Assembly: GCA_965656495.1 (NCBI GenBank)
Contig: CBFHKU010000004.1
Span: 1 to 64,000 of the forward strand
DNA length: 64,000 nt
Origin: Coraliomargaritaceae bacterium
Lineage (GTDB): Bacteria; Verrucomicrobiota; Verrucomicrobiia; Opitutales; Coraliomargaritaceae
Direction of reading: 5' to 3'
Made by a program: the position numbers and the translations under genes
Notes under the pieces: model-generated
What the model was told of the DNA's origin: nothing
The model's database searches: none
What the model saw: only the letters and a program-made list of their open reading frames with translations
In this document: piece by piece, positions 41,998 through 51,360 of the stretch
How the letters are laid out: every line of letters begins with the position of its first letter
How positions within the stretch are numbered: position 1 is the first letter of the stretch

Positions 41998-44000
41998 TCG
42001 TAGTGTAGCGCGACCGCGCAGTGACAGGAAAATTGAGGAATCACAACCGAACCGCAGTCCCCCTCCCACGTAATCGGGAGATCAATTCCGTCCGGAACGA
42101 GCCTCGCGTGCGTGATCTTTTCGGGCAAATCAAACCGCAGCGGCACCTCGTGGAGCGGCGGCATGTCTTCAATGATTTCACAATTCCCACGCCGCATCGG
42201 CGGAGCGTAAAGCAAATGCGCGACATAACGCCCCTCCCCCGCTTGATGCAGAAAGGTTAGACGCCCCGCGCTCGGGAGCTTTGCTGCTACCATTGGACGC
42301 CTTCGCAAGCGCTGCAAAACATTGTAGAACAAGTCGCGGTGCAGTCGCGCTCCGTGCTTGAGATACATCCAGTCCAATTCCGGAACAATCGTGATTATAT
42401 TTCCCTTGCGAATGATCGCGGGATGCTCGGCCGGTTCCAACCGATGCGGAGTGTTCTGATGCGAGCAATAATGCTCTGCAGTACGGCTGAAAAAAGGCTC
42501 GTGAAGCTGCGCCAAAACTTCTGCATCTGCATGCGCTTTAAAACGCCGCGCCGGTTTATAATTCAAGAACGGGCTAGCCACCAGACCCTCCGCCAAAGTA
42601 CCCTCCACTGAGAGGTAATCCCGGTCGTAGTTCGCCTCACCTAAATAATCCGCACCGATATCGAGCAAGACCTTGCCTTCCGCATCCAGCGCCCCGCTCC
42701 CCAATACCAGCAAATTGCCCCCCGCCTTCGCAAAGGCGTTCAGGCGGTCGGCCGTCGCCGCATCGAGGCAAGCCGCGCCGGGAATCAGAATGCATTCGTA
42801 TGCACGCAGGTCTTTCGAAAAATTCGCGACCTCGAAGTTGATCTGTTTATCGAGCAGCATTTTGGCAAGGCCCTCGTCATGCGCGGCGCTGAAGCTGCGC
42901 CAAAAACCCAATCGCGCGACCGGTTGCCCACCGATCCCGTAAGCCTCGATTTCCTTAACATAGGCATAGGCTTCCCCGATGTTACGATACGTCGCTGAAT
43001 CCATTTTCCCACTTGGATGCAACTGGTCGCCAAAATTACAAGCGGCACCCCAGGCGATCATCGAGGCGGCCTCATAACGCAAGGCCTCGGGGTGCTTGAA
43101 GCCGCCAAACTCCCCCCACGCGGTGTGGAATTTGCCACTCATCGCGGTTATGCCATAGCCAGCCTGCAGGAAGTATTTCGATTGCAGCGGCAATTTATCA
43201 TACCCGCCCCAAACCGTGGGCAAGTCTTCCAAATCCTGCACGGTGTTGCTTCCAAACATCCGGTGCCGAAAATTCGCGCCGCTCTCAATCGCTGTGGTTC
43301 CGTTAAAGAAAACCTGCGCGGTGGGATGATACCGCGAAATCAATTCCCGCAGTGCCTTGCAATGCCCTTGCATCGTATCGGCAGTGAACCCTTCAACCGC
43401 AGACGCATCCTCGAAATCAATGCCTGCCGCTATCATATCGCGGCGACAGGATTCGCAAAAACAATGCCGCTCCACCTGATAAATATCGAACCAGAAGCCA
43501 TCGCTGACATAGCGTTCACAGAGTTCCTCAACCTGCGCCATAATGTGCTCGTGATAAGCGGTGTTGGCGCAGAGAAACTTCCAGTAAAAATCCGGCAGCG
43601 GATCCTCCGCCTTGGCGTCCCCGGAACGGCTTCCGCTCGTGACATACTGGCCCTCCCGGTCGCGCACGCACCATTCGGGGTGCGCCTCCGCGTCATTCGC
43701 AGACCATCCAAAGGTGTAATAGATCTGGGTCCTGACCCCGATCTCACGACAGGCTTCCAGTTGCGCACCCAGCAAATCAAAATCGAGGTTCGGGTGCATC
43801 CGCCCCACTTTGGTTGGATAGTAGCTCCAACTGTGATGACATTTCGCAAATAGATTGATCGAATCAATATGCCCCACGCGCAGGGCCGCTTGAAAATCCT
43901 CTTTCTTAAATCCCCTCCCAATCTCCATCAAATGCTCGGAGGTGTGAAAATCCAAATGCACTTGGCGGCGACCGGGAGGATATTTTGAAGGGGTTTGCAT
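41994..44000 (-). CDS. GH151-like (alpha-L-fucosidase-type) glycoside hydrolase with GH42-like trimerisation domain
   Basis: RQVHLDFHTSE, FAKCHH..SYYPT, DGFWFDI, KFHTAWGEFGG, GDQLHP; likely start ATG 44000; no signal peptide. Confidence 0.75.
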   Translation of the reverse strand: MQTPSKYPPGRRQVHLDFHTSEHLMEIGRGFKKEDFQAALRVGHIDSINLFAKCHHSWSYYPTKVGRMHPNLDFDLLGAQLEACREIGVRTQIYYTFGWSANDAEAHPEWCVRDREGQYVTSGSRSGDAKAEDPLPDFYWKFLCANTAYHEHIMAQVEELCERYVSDGFWFDIYQVERHCFCESCRRDMIAAGIDFEDASAVEGFTADTMQGHCKALRELISRYHPTAQVFFNGTTAIESGANFRHRMFGSNTVQDLEDLPTVWGGYDKLPLQSKYFLQAGYGITAMSGKFHTAWGEFGGFKHPEALRYEAASMIAWGAACNFGDQLHPSGKMDSATYRNIGEAYAYVKEIEAYGIGGQPVARLGFWRSFSAAHDEGLAKMLLDKQINFEVANFSKDLRAYECILIPGAACLDAATADRLNAFAKAGGNLLVLGSGALDAEGKVLLDIGADYLGEANYDRDYLSVEGTLAEGLVASPFLNYKPARRFKAHADAEVLAQLHEPFFSRTAEHYCSHQNTPHRLEPAEHPAIIRKGNIITIVPELDWMYLKHGARLHRDLFYNVLQRLRRRPMVAAKLPSAGRLTFLHQAGEGRYVAHLLYAPPMRRGNCEIIEDMPPLHEVPLRFDLPEKITHARLVPDGIDLPITWEGDCGSVVIPQFSCHCAVALHYE

Positions 44001-44070
44001 CAATAATGAATATCGCTGAAGCAGATGTAACTCTAAAATATAAGCCAATCAATCTGCCAAAACAAGCGAC

Positions 44071-44103
44071 ACAAATGAAGCCATCATCCTAAAGGATGAA
44101 ACC
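44071..44103 (-). promoter_or_regulatory. Candidate operator ACAA-ATGAAGCC-N13-ATGAAACC (copy 1, upstream of the GH151-like gene)
   Basis: Same half-sites and same 13-nt spacer length as copy 2 at 50907-50939. Confidence 0.7.
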
Positions 44104-44173
44104 GACTCTACCAAGGGTATAAGTTCCTACCTCGAGGGCTAACAGCAAGCCCGTAGAATCAGAAAGGATGCAC

Positions 44174-44908
44174 CTAAAGCGTTATCTCTGCGGAGGGTGT
44201 TACAGGCGGTAATTGCATGAACCCCATCTCCTTGATCGTCACCGTGCTTTGTGTTGACCATTTGCTGTCGGTAAAGAACTTGATTTGCGCGATGCTGCTG
44301 GCGTTGAAATCGGAGATGGTCTTAATCGCGGTGCCGTTGACAAAATAAGTGACGGTGTCGTTATCGAGGTCGAAGTCGATGGTGAAACGCATGGGACGGC
44401 TCTCCTTTAGATCCGCCAAATGCCCGGCATAGTCGAAGCCCTTGCCCTGCCAACCGGTCGCGGAGGTCGCGGAAAAGCGGATCTTCGCATCGGTGCCTTT
44501 CTCGGCGTAGAGGTTCAAACCCGTGATACGGCGATTATTGGCACCGGAGACCTCAAAAGCAATCGAGCCGTCATTACTTGGATCGAGACTCCAGGAAGCA
44601 AATTCTATCACGAGGCGATAACGTCCGCTATTGTAACGAGTCGGGGCATAGTCCTGCGCGGGCACCCGCCGATAAGAACTCCCGGTATTTGACACCACAA
44701 AATGCCCGAGACCATCGGCTTCCATTCCCTTCACTTTGCCAAAATTCCAATTATTGGCATTGGTACCGCTATTTAGAATACCACCCTTTCCATCGTCAAA
44801 TGAGACACCGGCAGTGTCGGTCTCAAAATTCCAGTATTCGAGTTTGGTTTCCCCAAATGAAAGACCAAACGAAGTGCTCAAAGTTAAAAGAAGTAGTTTC
44901 GCTTTCAT
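44174..44908 (-). CDS. Secreted hypothetical protein (beta-rich)
   Basis: 244 aa with signal peptide MKAKLLLLTLSTSFGLSFG. Confidence 0.8.
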   Translation of the reverse strand: MKAKLLLLTLSTSFGLSFGETKLEYWNFETDTAGVSFDDGKGGILNSGTNANNWNFGKVKGMEADGLGHFVVSNTGSSYRRVPAQDYAPTRYNSGRYRLVIEFASWSLDPSNDGSIAFEVSGANNRRITGLNLYAEKGTDAKIRFSATSATGWQGKGFDYAGHLADLKESRPMRFTIDFDLDNDTVTYFVNGTAIKTISDFNASSIAQIKFFTDSKWSTQSTVTIKEMGFMQLPPVTPSAEITL

Positions 44909-44947
44909 GAAATCAAAAGAATGAAATTTGTGGTATAATGAGATCTG

Positions 44948-44974
44948 AAAAAAAAAGCGCAGCCTAAGCCGCGC
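44948..44974 (-). terminator. Rho-independent terminator after the PEP-CTERM gene
   Basis: Minus strand reads GCGCGGC-TTAG-GCTGCGC followed by a run of 9 T. Confidence 0.85.
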
Positions 44975-44998
44975 CGTGATTTAGTGATTTCCAATAGA

Positions 44999-45934
44999 TT
45001 ACTTGCGGCGACGTATCATCACATAACCTAATGCGAGCAAACCAGCAATTATTGAGATAGTTTGCGGCTCGGGAACAATTGCATTTGCCGTAAGCGTAAG
45101 GGAATCAATATTAAAATAATCACCACTTGTTGTTGGATCAGTAGTCCAAGGACCACCCGCTACACCACCCCAAGAACCAAGTGATGGCGATTTTGCTGCA
45201 ATGCGAATACTAGCGATGTCGGACAAACCGGTACCGCTTTGAATTTCGCTGTAACCATGATTCGTATCACCCGCGTATGCAGTCCAGCTACCGTCGGTGA
45301 GATCACCCGTTATCTTCAGGCTGATTCCAGGATTATTACTTCCACCAAAACGACTGGGTGTTTTGGTATTATCGTCATTATCGGTGTCAAAAGCGCCACC
45401 ATTAAGACCTCCAAAAGAACCGCCTTCTGAATTATTGAACGCCTGAACACCACCGTTGTTGGTCGTTTGGTAACCCACAACCACTTCCTCGCTTTGAGCG
45501 GTGTTTCGCAATGAAAACTGAATTCCCTTGCTGGCATCTGATGTGTTGCTGGAATCCCAATTTTGTCGAATATCAAAGGTTGGGATGACGATTTCAAAGG
45601 TGTAAGTACTATAGCCCGTATTTGTGAGGCCACTTGTCAAAGTATATTCACGATGGCCACGTGTGCCCGCTCCTTGGTCAACATACAAAGTAGTGCCTGT
45701 TGATCCGCGCCAGTTTGCAGTATAACCATAATTTAATTTGCCGTTTTGTACTCGCGCTTGAACACCACTGTTCCAGCTGCCTTTAATTGTACCAGCGTCT
45801 TGTATTTGCGAGCCGTTTGACCCGCCAAGGTAAGCACCATTCGTATCATTAAATTGGTAGTCTACAATCGCAGTTTGCGCCAGCGCCGTTGTTGCAGATG
45901 CCAACAATGCAAGAGATAAAGTTCTTAATTTCAT
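44999..45934 (-). CDS. PEP-CTERM sorting-domain surface protein
   Basis: Signal peptide, Gly/Ser/Thr/Asn-rich body, C-terminal VPEPQTISIIAGLLALGYVMIRRRK. Confidence 0.95.
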   Translation of the reverse strand: MKLRTLSLALLASATTALAQTAIVDYQFNDTNGAYLGGSNGSQIQDAGTIKGSWNSGVQARVQNGKLNYGYTANWRGSTGTTLYVDQGAGTRGHREYTLTSGLTNTGYSTYTFEIVIPTFDIRQNWDSSNTSDASKGIQFSLRNTAQSEEVVVGYQTTNNGGVQAFNNSEGGSFGGLNGGAFDTDNDDNTKTPSRFGGSNNPGISLKITGDLTDGSWTAYAGDTNHGYSEIQSGTGLSDIASIRIAAKSPSLGSWGGVAGGPWTTDPTTSGDYFNIDSLTLTANAIVPEPQTISIIAGLLALGYVMIRRRK

Positions 45935-46106
45935 AATAGGGTATGGGGTTGATGAATTGCTTCTATTTCTAATAAGTTACATCATAACCGTTTATTTAAC
46001 AATTGTGTTTTTTGAGTAAAAAATCATAAAATATGAAAATAAGAGTATTGCATAACCCCCTTAAGACCCTTTTATTGGCACCTAATTAGCCCAAACCTCT
46101 ATATAA

Positions 46107-47291
46107 ATGCTCAAAAGAAAACACATCATGCTCCTCTTGGAGTGGTATGACTACCGCATTCACCGCGGGGTTGCGAAAGTGGCACGCCAAAACGGCTGGC
46201 AATTGAATTGCCCCAAGGATCTCGCCGCCAATGAAGGCATCCTTAAGGACTGGAAGGGAGACGGTTGCATTGCCCTTCTCGAAAATGATGGAACCCTCGA
46301 GCATTTTCGGAAACTTAAAATCCCGCTCGTGGACCTCGGCCTGCGCAATCACAAGCTCAAGGTACCTCGCGTTATTACTGACAATGCCGCAATCGGTCGA
46401 CTGGCCGCTGAGCATTTCAGGGATTTTGGGCACCGGGAAGTCTTCGCCATCGATCCGGGCGACAAGGCGATGTATCGGGAACGCTTGGAGGGTTTGCGCA
46501 CGCACCTTGAATCCGATGGCGGTCGAGTGCATGTTTTAAAAAGCTCGGTGGCGATCCAACACGACATCATTCATGAAATGAAGGCACTTGCGGCAGAGCG
46601 CGGCCATGCCCTTCATGAACTTTCACTCGGATTCTTTGCCTATCAGGACACGATGGCCTCCGAGATGATCTCGCTCTGCCTGCGGCATGATTTGAAGGTT
46701 CCCGAAAATGTTGCGGTTTTGGGCGTTGATAACGATGACTTGATCAACAGCGGTCTCATGATGGGGCTGAGCAGTGTGGACAGCGATCAGGAAGGCCTGG
46801 GGGCGGAAGCTGCCCACCTCCTGCAAACCATGCTCGACGACCCCAACAAATCCATTTCAACCAAAATCCACCGCCACAAACCCATTGGGGTAGTGGCGCG
46901 GCGCAGTACCGATTGCTTCGCGGTTCGCAATCCCCTCGTCGCCAGTGCCCTCCACTGGATCCAGAAAAATTATTACAAAGGCATTCAGGCGACCGACGTC
47001 GCGGAAGCGATGGGTGTCACGCAACAGGGTCTCCAAAAAGCCTTTGCCAGTTCCTACAGCCGTTCTCCGGGTCAGGAGATTCGCCATCAACGGGTGCAGG
47101 CGGTGGCACACCTCCTGAGCACTACCAACGCGAAACTGGAGGATATCGCCGCCAATTGCGGCTATTATTCCGTCAACTCCCTCATCAATAGCTTTCGTAG
47201 CACTCACAAGACCACTCCGGGCAAATTCCGCCAACAGAAACGCTCGGAACACGGCATTGGCAACCGCAACCAAACCAAGACCGCGCGATAA
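46107..47291 (+). CDS. XylR-type regulator (LacI-like sensor plus AraC HTH)
   Basis: DNAAIGRLAAEHF, VPENVAVLGVDND, RRSTD, C-terminal AraC HTH. Confidence 0.92.
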   Translation: MLKRKHIMLLLEWYDYRIHRGVAKVARQNGWQLNCPKDLAANEGILKDWKGDGCIALLENDGTLEHFRKLKIPLVDLGLRNHKLKVPRVITDNAAIGRLAAEHFRDFGHREVFAIDPGDKAMYRERLEGLRTHLESDGGRVHVLKSSVAIQHDIIHEMKALAAERGHALHELSLGFFAYQDTMASEMISLCLRHDLKVPENVAVLGVDNDDLINSGLMMGLSSVDSDQEGLGAEAAHLLQTMLDDPNKSISTKIHRHKPIGVVARRSTDCFAVRNPLVASALHWIQKNYYKGIQATDVAEAMGVTQQGLQKAFASSYSRSPGQEIRHQRVQAVAHLLSTTNAKLEDIAANCGYYSVNSLINSFRSTHKTTPGKFRQQKRSEHGIGNRNQTKTAR

Positions 47292-47325
47292 GCAAAGGTT
47301 CGTCCCTGTAATCCTACCGGTTGCC

Positions 47326-48681
47326 CTAGGCTCCCGTGGAGGGCCGGGCATCTGACTCACGCGCCTCAAGGTCGGCGAGCACCTGCGAGAATTTCTCCCC
47401 GTCCAAACGGTAGAACAACAGTGCCACCATACAGGCGAGCGAGAAACCCGCTGGTACGATGTTGAAAAGCCACACGATTGCGGTCTGCGCTGATTCGGTC
47501 AATTCGGTGTTGGCGACATAACCGGAAAAGGAAAGCACGATCGCCGCAAAACTACCGCCGAGCGCCATGCCCGCCTTAAAGGTAAACGAGAAAAAGGCGA
47601 AGGGGATGCCCTCCGAGCGAATCCCGCTTTTCCATTGTCCGTATTCCACCGTGTCGGGGACCATCCCCCATTGGCAAATTGAGCAGAACATCATGGTGGT
47701 GGAAGCCACCATCGAAATACCCGTGAAGAGCATGAAGGAATCGCCCGCCACAAAATGCCGGGTCAGATTTGCAATTACCACCACCGCGCTTCCAAAAATA
47801 AAGATATTCCGTTTCCCGTATTTGCCGGTCAAAAGCGGAGTCAGGACGACTCCTAAAACATTCGCAGGTAACATCCATTGAAAGAAGACCGATTGCAGGT
47901 CGGCATTCCCAAGGATGTATTTAAAGTAATACAAACTCACCGAATTCGCGATGACCCAGATGCAGGTGTTCAGGAACATTGCCAGCGAGAGAATTAACAG
48001 CGACTCGTTCTTCAGGATGATGGGTATGATATCCTTGAGGTGATACTTTTCGGTGGGCGGAGCGAGGCGTTCCTTCGATTTTAAACCCGCGTAGATCAGT
48101 AGCGCGCTGGAGGCAATGGCATAACAGACTGCCAGGGCAAAGAAACCCTCGGCCTCGGTCTCGAAATTCTTTAGGAAGGGACGCGTCCCGATACTGACGA
48201 CGCTCATCGCGATAATGACCGCGAAGAACATGCGCAGGGTGGAAATCCAGGCGCGCTCCTGCTGGTCCTGCGTCATCACCGCAGAGATGGAGGAATAAGG
48301 CAGACCCACCGCGGTAAAGACCATCCCGTGCAGGATATAAGTGACATAGGCATACACCACCTTCATGGAGGGTGAGATGTCCGGAACAAAGAAGCAGGCC
48401 AATAAAAGCAGATTCAGAGGAATCGCACCAAAGAAGACATAGGGACGAAAGCGACCCCAGCGGGTGCGGGTGTGGTCCGCGATATAACCCATAATGGGAT
48501 CATTGACCGCATCCCAAATACGGGCCGCCAAGAAAAGCCCCGCCACGTGCGCCGGAGAAATCCCGAAAACATCCGTATAAAAATAAGCGAGAAAGAACCC
48601 AATGAGTTGGAAGTTCAGATTGATTCCGAGATCTCCAATACTATAATTGAAGAGCTCTGTCTTTTTCAGAGGGCGTAGCAT
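47326..48681 (-). CDS. GPH-family MFS transporter (xyloside/oligosaccharide:cation symporter)
   Basis: ARIWDAVNDPIMG, TRWGRFRPY, PDTVEYG..KSG.R.EG. Confidence 0.93.
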   Translation of the reverse strand: MLRPLKKTELFNYSIGDLGINLNFQLIGFFLAYFYTDVFGISPAHVAGLFLAARIWDAVNDPIMGYIADHTRTRWGRFRPYVFFGAIPLNLLLLACFFVPDISPSMKVVYAYVTYILHGMVFTAVGLPYSSISAVMTQDQQERAWISTLRMFFAVIIAMSVVSIGTRPFLKNFETEAEGFFALAVCYAIASSALLIYAGLKSKERLAPPTEKYHLKDIIPIILKNESLLILSLAMFLNTCIWVIANSVSLYYFKYILGNADLQSVFFQWMLPANVLGVVLTPLLTGKYGKRNIFIFGSAVVVIANLTRHFVAGDSFMLFTGISMVASTTMMFCSICQWGMVPDTVEYGQWKSGIRSEGIPFAFFSFTFKAGMALGGSFAAIVLSFSGYVANTELTESAQTAIVWLFNIVPAGFSLACMVALLFYRLDGEKFSQVLADLEARESDARPSTGA

Positions 48682-48711
48682 AAATGATGGGGTTGGGATT
48701 GGGGTTGGGTG

Positions 48712-50850
48712 CTAAGCGCTGCAACTCGCGACCGTCTCCTCGGCAGCTGCCGGAGCGCCGGATTTCATCGCTGCCGAATCCATCCATAGAATATTGGTCA
48801 CGATGCGCGGATAGTAAAGACTGCCGATCGGTTTGCCCGATGCAAATTGATCGGAACAGGCCTGAAACTTGGATCCATTGATCTCCCAATAGACGTGCGC
48901 CGCATCTGCCCGCGCTTCCTCTCCGTATTGAATGCCGAGGATTTCGCGAACTACATATTGATTCAGGCATATCTTACTCATCCAGGAATTGTCGGCGCTA
49001 CTGGAAAGTTTCCAGCCGCCATCCTCATACAAACAAACTCCCGGCTTCAATACGTAGCCGATGTGCTCCTTCAGCATTTGGATGTACGAGCCGAATTCGC
49101 CCTCCTCCGTAAGCAGATCCCCCAAACCCATCTTCCAGGGATAGATCAAGGCCTCCACCGCCGGAATGATGGCACTCTTGTTCTTTCCGTCCAAAACCGC
49201 CGGTATGAAACCATGCTGCGTGTCAAATGATGCTGTGAGGGTCGAAGCACAACGAACCGCCGCCGCGTGCGCTTCCTTCGCGAGGCCCCTGTCTCCCAAT
49301 TCCGCAAACATCATTTCCAATGCCAGATAGGAAGCCCAGCATTTGCCACCGAGGTACACATTCCGGCGTGCCTGCCCCAGCGAATGATCCAAAGAATCGT
49401 AGGTCGTGATCTCACCCCCACCCTTAGTCCGCGAGCTTTCGAAACTCATCAAGCCGTCCCGTTGCGCCGGATCAGGGTGATCGCGGTTCAACAGACTTTG
49501 CAAACAACGTCCGAGCAAATCCTTGTGCTGCCGGAGGAAATCCGCATCCCCGGTCTGGTTGACATACAGGCCCGCGCATAAAACCCAGTTGGTTAACTGC
49601 TCGCAGGTCATATAAGAGAAACACTTGCGGTCGATCCCCACACACTCATAACAGGAATACTGCGCCGGACTAAAGTGATTCCCCACGCCCATGTCGTGCG
49701 TGAATGAAACCCCGCCCTCGAGCAAGCTCGCGGGATCTTCCGGCGCGAAGACCTGATCTTCGTATTGATAGCGATTGACGAATTGCTCCAGGACATTCCG
49801 CACCGTCCATGGATTCAGCTTCAACTCGAAAAAGATCATATCCACCGTCAAATCGAGGGTGTTCATCATTAAGTATTCGCCCTCGTTGATCACCCACAAA
49901 GGCTTCCCCGATTCGTCGATCAACCACTCGCTGGAGCCGTAGTAACTGCGGGTGGCATGCGCAATCAGGAATTGCTGCGATTCGCTCAAACCACTTGCCA
50001 GTAATTCCGCGTCGCGGTCTGCCGCCAGTTTCAAATACTTCGCCTCGTGCTCAAAGGCATAATCAAACACCTCGTGAATATTGGAAAAGTGGCGTGTGTA
50101 CCAATAACGGGCTTTCAAATTAAAAGTAGCCTGCCCCTCGATGAAGTAGCCCAGGACGATGCGTACTGTTTTCGAAGCACCGGGCTCGACCACAAAGGAA
50201 ATACCCGCCACTGGCCCCAGTGCGAAATTCGGGGTGCGCTGCTCACGCTCAAGGGCCTGCTCTACCCCAAACTCCACAAATTCCGAAACGCCCGCTGTAT
50301 CACTCGCAAAGCCCATGCGTTCACGCGTCACTGCTCCTTTGTACGACCCGTGCTGCGAAAGCGGCGACCAGGGAGTCGATCCCTCCAACGCGAAAAACCC
50401 TTCCCAGGATTCCTCGCTCTCATTGCGAAGCTCCAGTTCCAAAAAAGTGGCGGGCAAACTCGCAAATTTGAGTTCCTCCGCCTCGGAATGAGCCGGGTCC
50501 GGAATTTCGAAAAACGGCGTGCTCACTTTAAAACGTATCCCTTTCGCTTTAAACTGATCCGTCGCCCAATCGTAGCGGCGCTCAATCAAGGATTCATCCA
50601 GAATCGTCAGCCCTTTGTCGGCGGCTTCATCCGGTTTGCTATAGCGCTCCGCCTCGTTCGAAATCCCCTTGTAAAATGGCAGCGTCACCATTTGCCCCGA
50701 AGCGGTCCGATACCCGACAAAAACCGCACTGTCGGCGGGGCTGCCCCGCTCGAGTGCCATGCCACCCTCGGCGCCATGCATTCCAACGGTAAAGGAAGCG
50801 TGCGCTCCCATTGGTGAGTGCTGTGCGTGAAAGGAACTTGAGGGTAACAT
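48712..50850 (-). CDS. Beta-xylosidase (GH52)
   Basis: AQHSPMGAHASFT, WVINEGEYLMMNTLDLTVD, EITTYDSLD.SLGQAR, NSWMSKI, YYPR. Confidence 0.95.
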   Translation of the reverse strand: MLPSSSFHAQHSPMGAHASFTVGMHGAEGGMALERGSPADSAVFVGYRTASGQMVTLPFYKGISNEAERYSKPDEAADKGLTILDESLIERRYDWATDQFKAKGIRFKVSTPFFEIPDPAHSEAEELKFASLPATFLELELRNESEESWEGFFALEGSTPWSPLSQHGSYKGAVTRERMGFASDTAGVSEFVEFGVEQALEREQRTPNFALGPVAGISFVVEPGASKTVRIVLGYFIEGQATFNLKARYWYTRHFSNIHEVFDYAFEHEAKYLKLAADRDAELLASGLSESQQFLIAHATRSYYGSSEWLIDESGKPLWVINEGEYLMMNTLDLTVDMIFFELKLNPWTVRNVLEQFVNRYQYEDQVFAPEDPASLLEGGVSFTHDMGVGNHFSPAQYSCYECVGIDRKCFSYMTCEQLTNWVLCAGLYVNQTGDADFLRQHKDLLGRCLQSLLNRDHPDPAQRDGLMSFESSRTKGGGEITTYDSLDHSLGQARRNVYLGGKCWASYLALEMMFAELGDRGLAKEAHAAAVRCASTLTASFDTQHGFIPAVLDGKNKSAIIPAVEALIYPWKMGLGDLLTEEGEFGSYIQMLKEHIGYVLKPGVCLYEDGGWKLSSSADNSWMSKICLNQYVVREILGIQYGEEARADAAHVYWEINGSKFQACSDQFASGKPIGSLYYPRIVTNILWMDSAAMKSGAPAAAEETVASCSA

Positions 50851-50906
50851 AAGCTATTAAAATAAGCTCAACAAATTATCAAAATACAGCCCTTGAGCCA
50901 AGCACG

Positions 50907-50939
50907 ACAAATGAAGCCTATATTAAAACTAATGAAACC
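50907..50939 (-). promoter_or_regulatory. Candidate operator ACAA-ATGAAGCC-N13-ATGAAACC (copy 2, upstream of GH52)
   Basis: Matches 44071-44103 in both half-sites and spacing. Confidence 0.7.
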
Positions 50940-50994
50940 ACCACATCCGCAGAAACCTTAAAAATGCACGCTTCCTGAGCACTCCCTACTCGCA

Positions 50995-51016
50995 TAAGTT
51001 CAGGATTTTGAACTTA
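50995..51016. promoter_or_regulatory. Perfect 8-6-8 palindrome, candidate operator
   Basis: TAAGTTCA-GGATTT-TGAACTTA, about 75 bp upstream of the small His-rich gene. Confidence 0.4.
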
Positions 51017-51090
51017 CACAACCATATTCAGTTCATCTCCAATAACAAAAAATCATTGCTCAAAAACATTCTCTCACCTACATAAATCAT

Positions 51091-51303
51091 ATGCCATATT
51101 TCTTGACCATCATCGCTCTCATTTTCACGACCAGCCTCGCTCAGGCGCATTCCACTGGCGGGCATCACGAAGGCACTGCAGCCAACACCGTTCATTTCCT
51201 GACCGAGTTCAGCCATTTCGGCCCGGTATTATTAATTGCTGCCCTGCTTGTTATTGCCGGATTCGCCAGTCTGCGCTTCCGGAAATCGGAACGGTCCAAT
51301 TAA
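51091..51303 (+). CDS. Small His-rich membrane protein resembling the HupE/UreJ N-terminus
   Basis: Signal peptide ending AQA-H, mature HSTGGHHEG...VHFLTEFSHF, one TM helix, basic tail. Confidence 0.7.
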   Translation: MPYFLTIIALIFTTSLAQAHSTGGHHEGTAANTVHFLTEFSHFGPVLLIAALLVIAGFASLRFRKSERSN

Positions 51304-51360
51304 ACGCAATCCACGGATGGCGCGTATACTCATGGCCACCGTGATATTAGCGACACCCTC

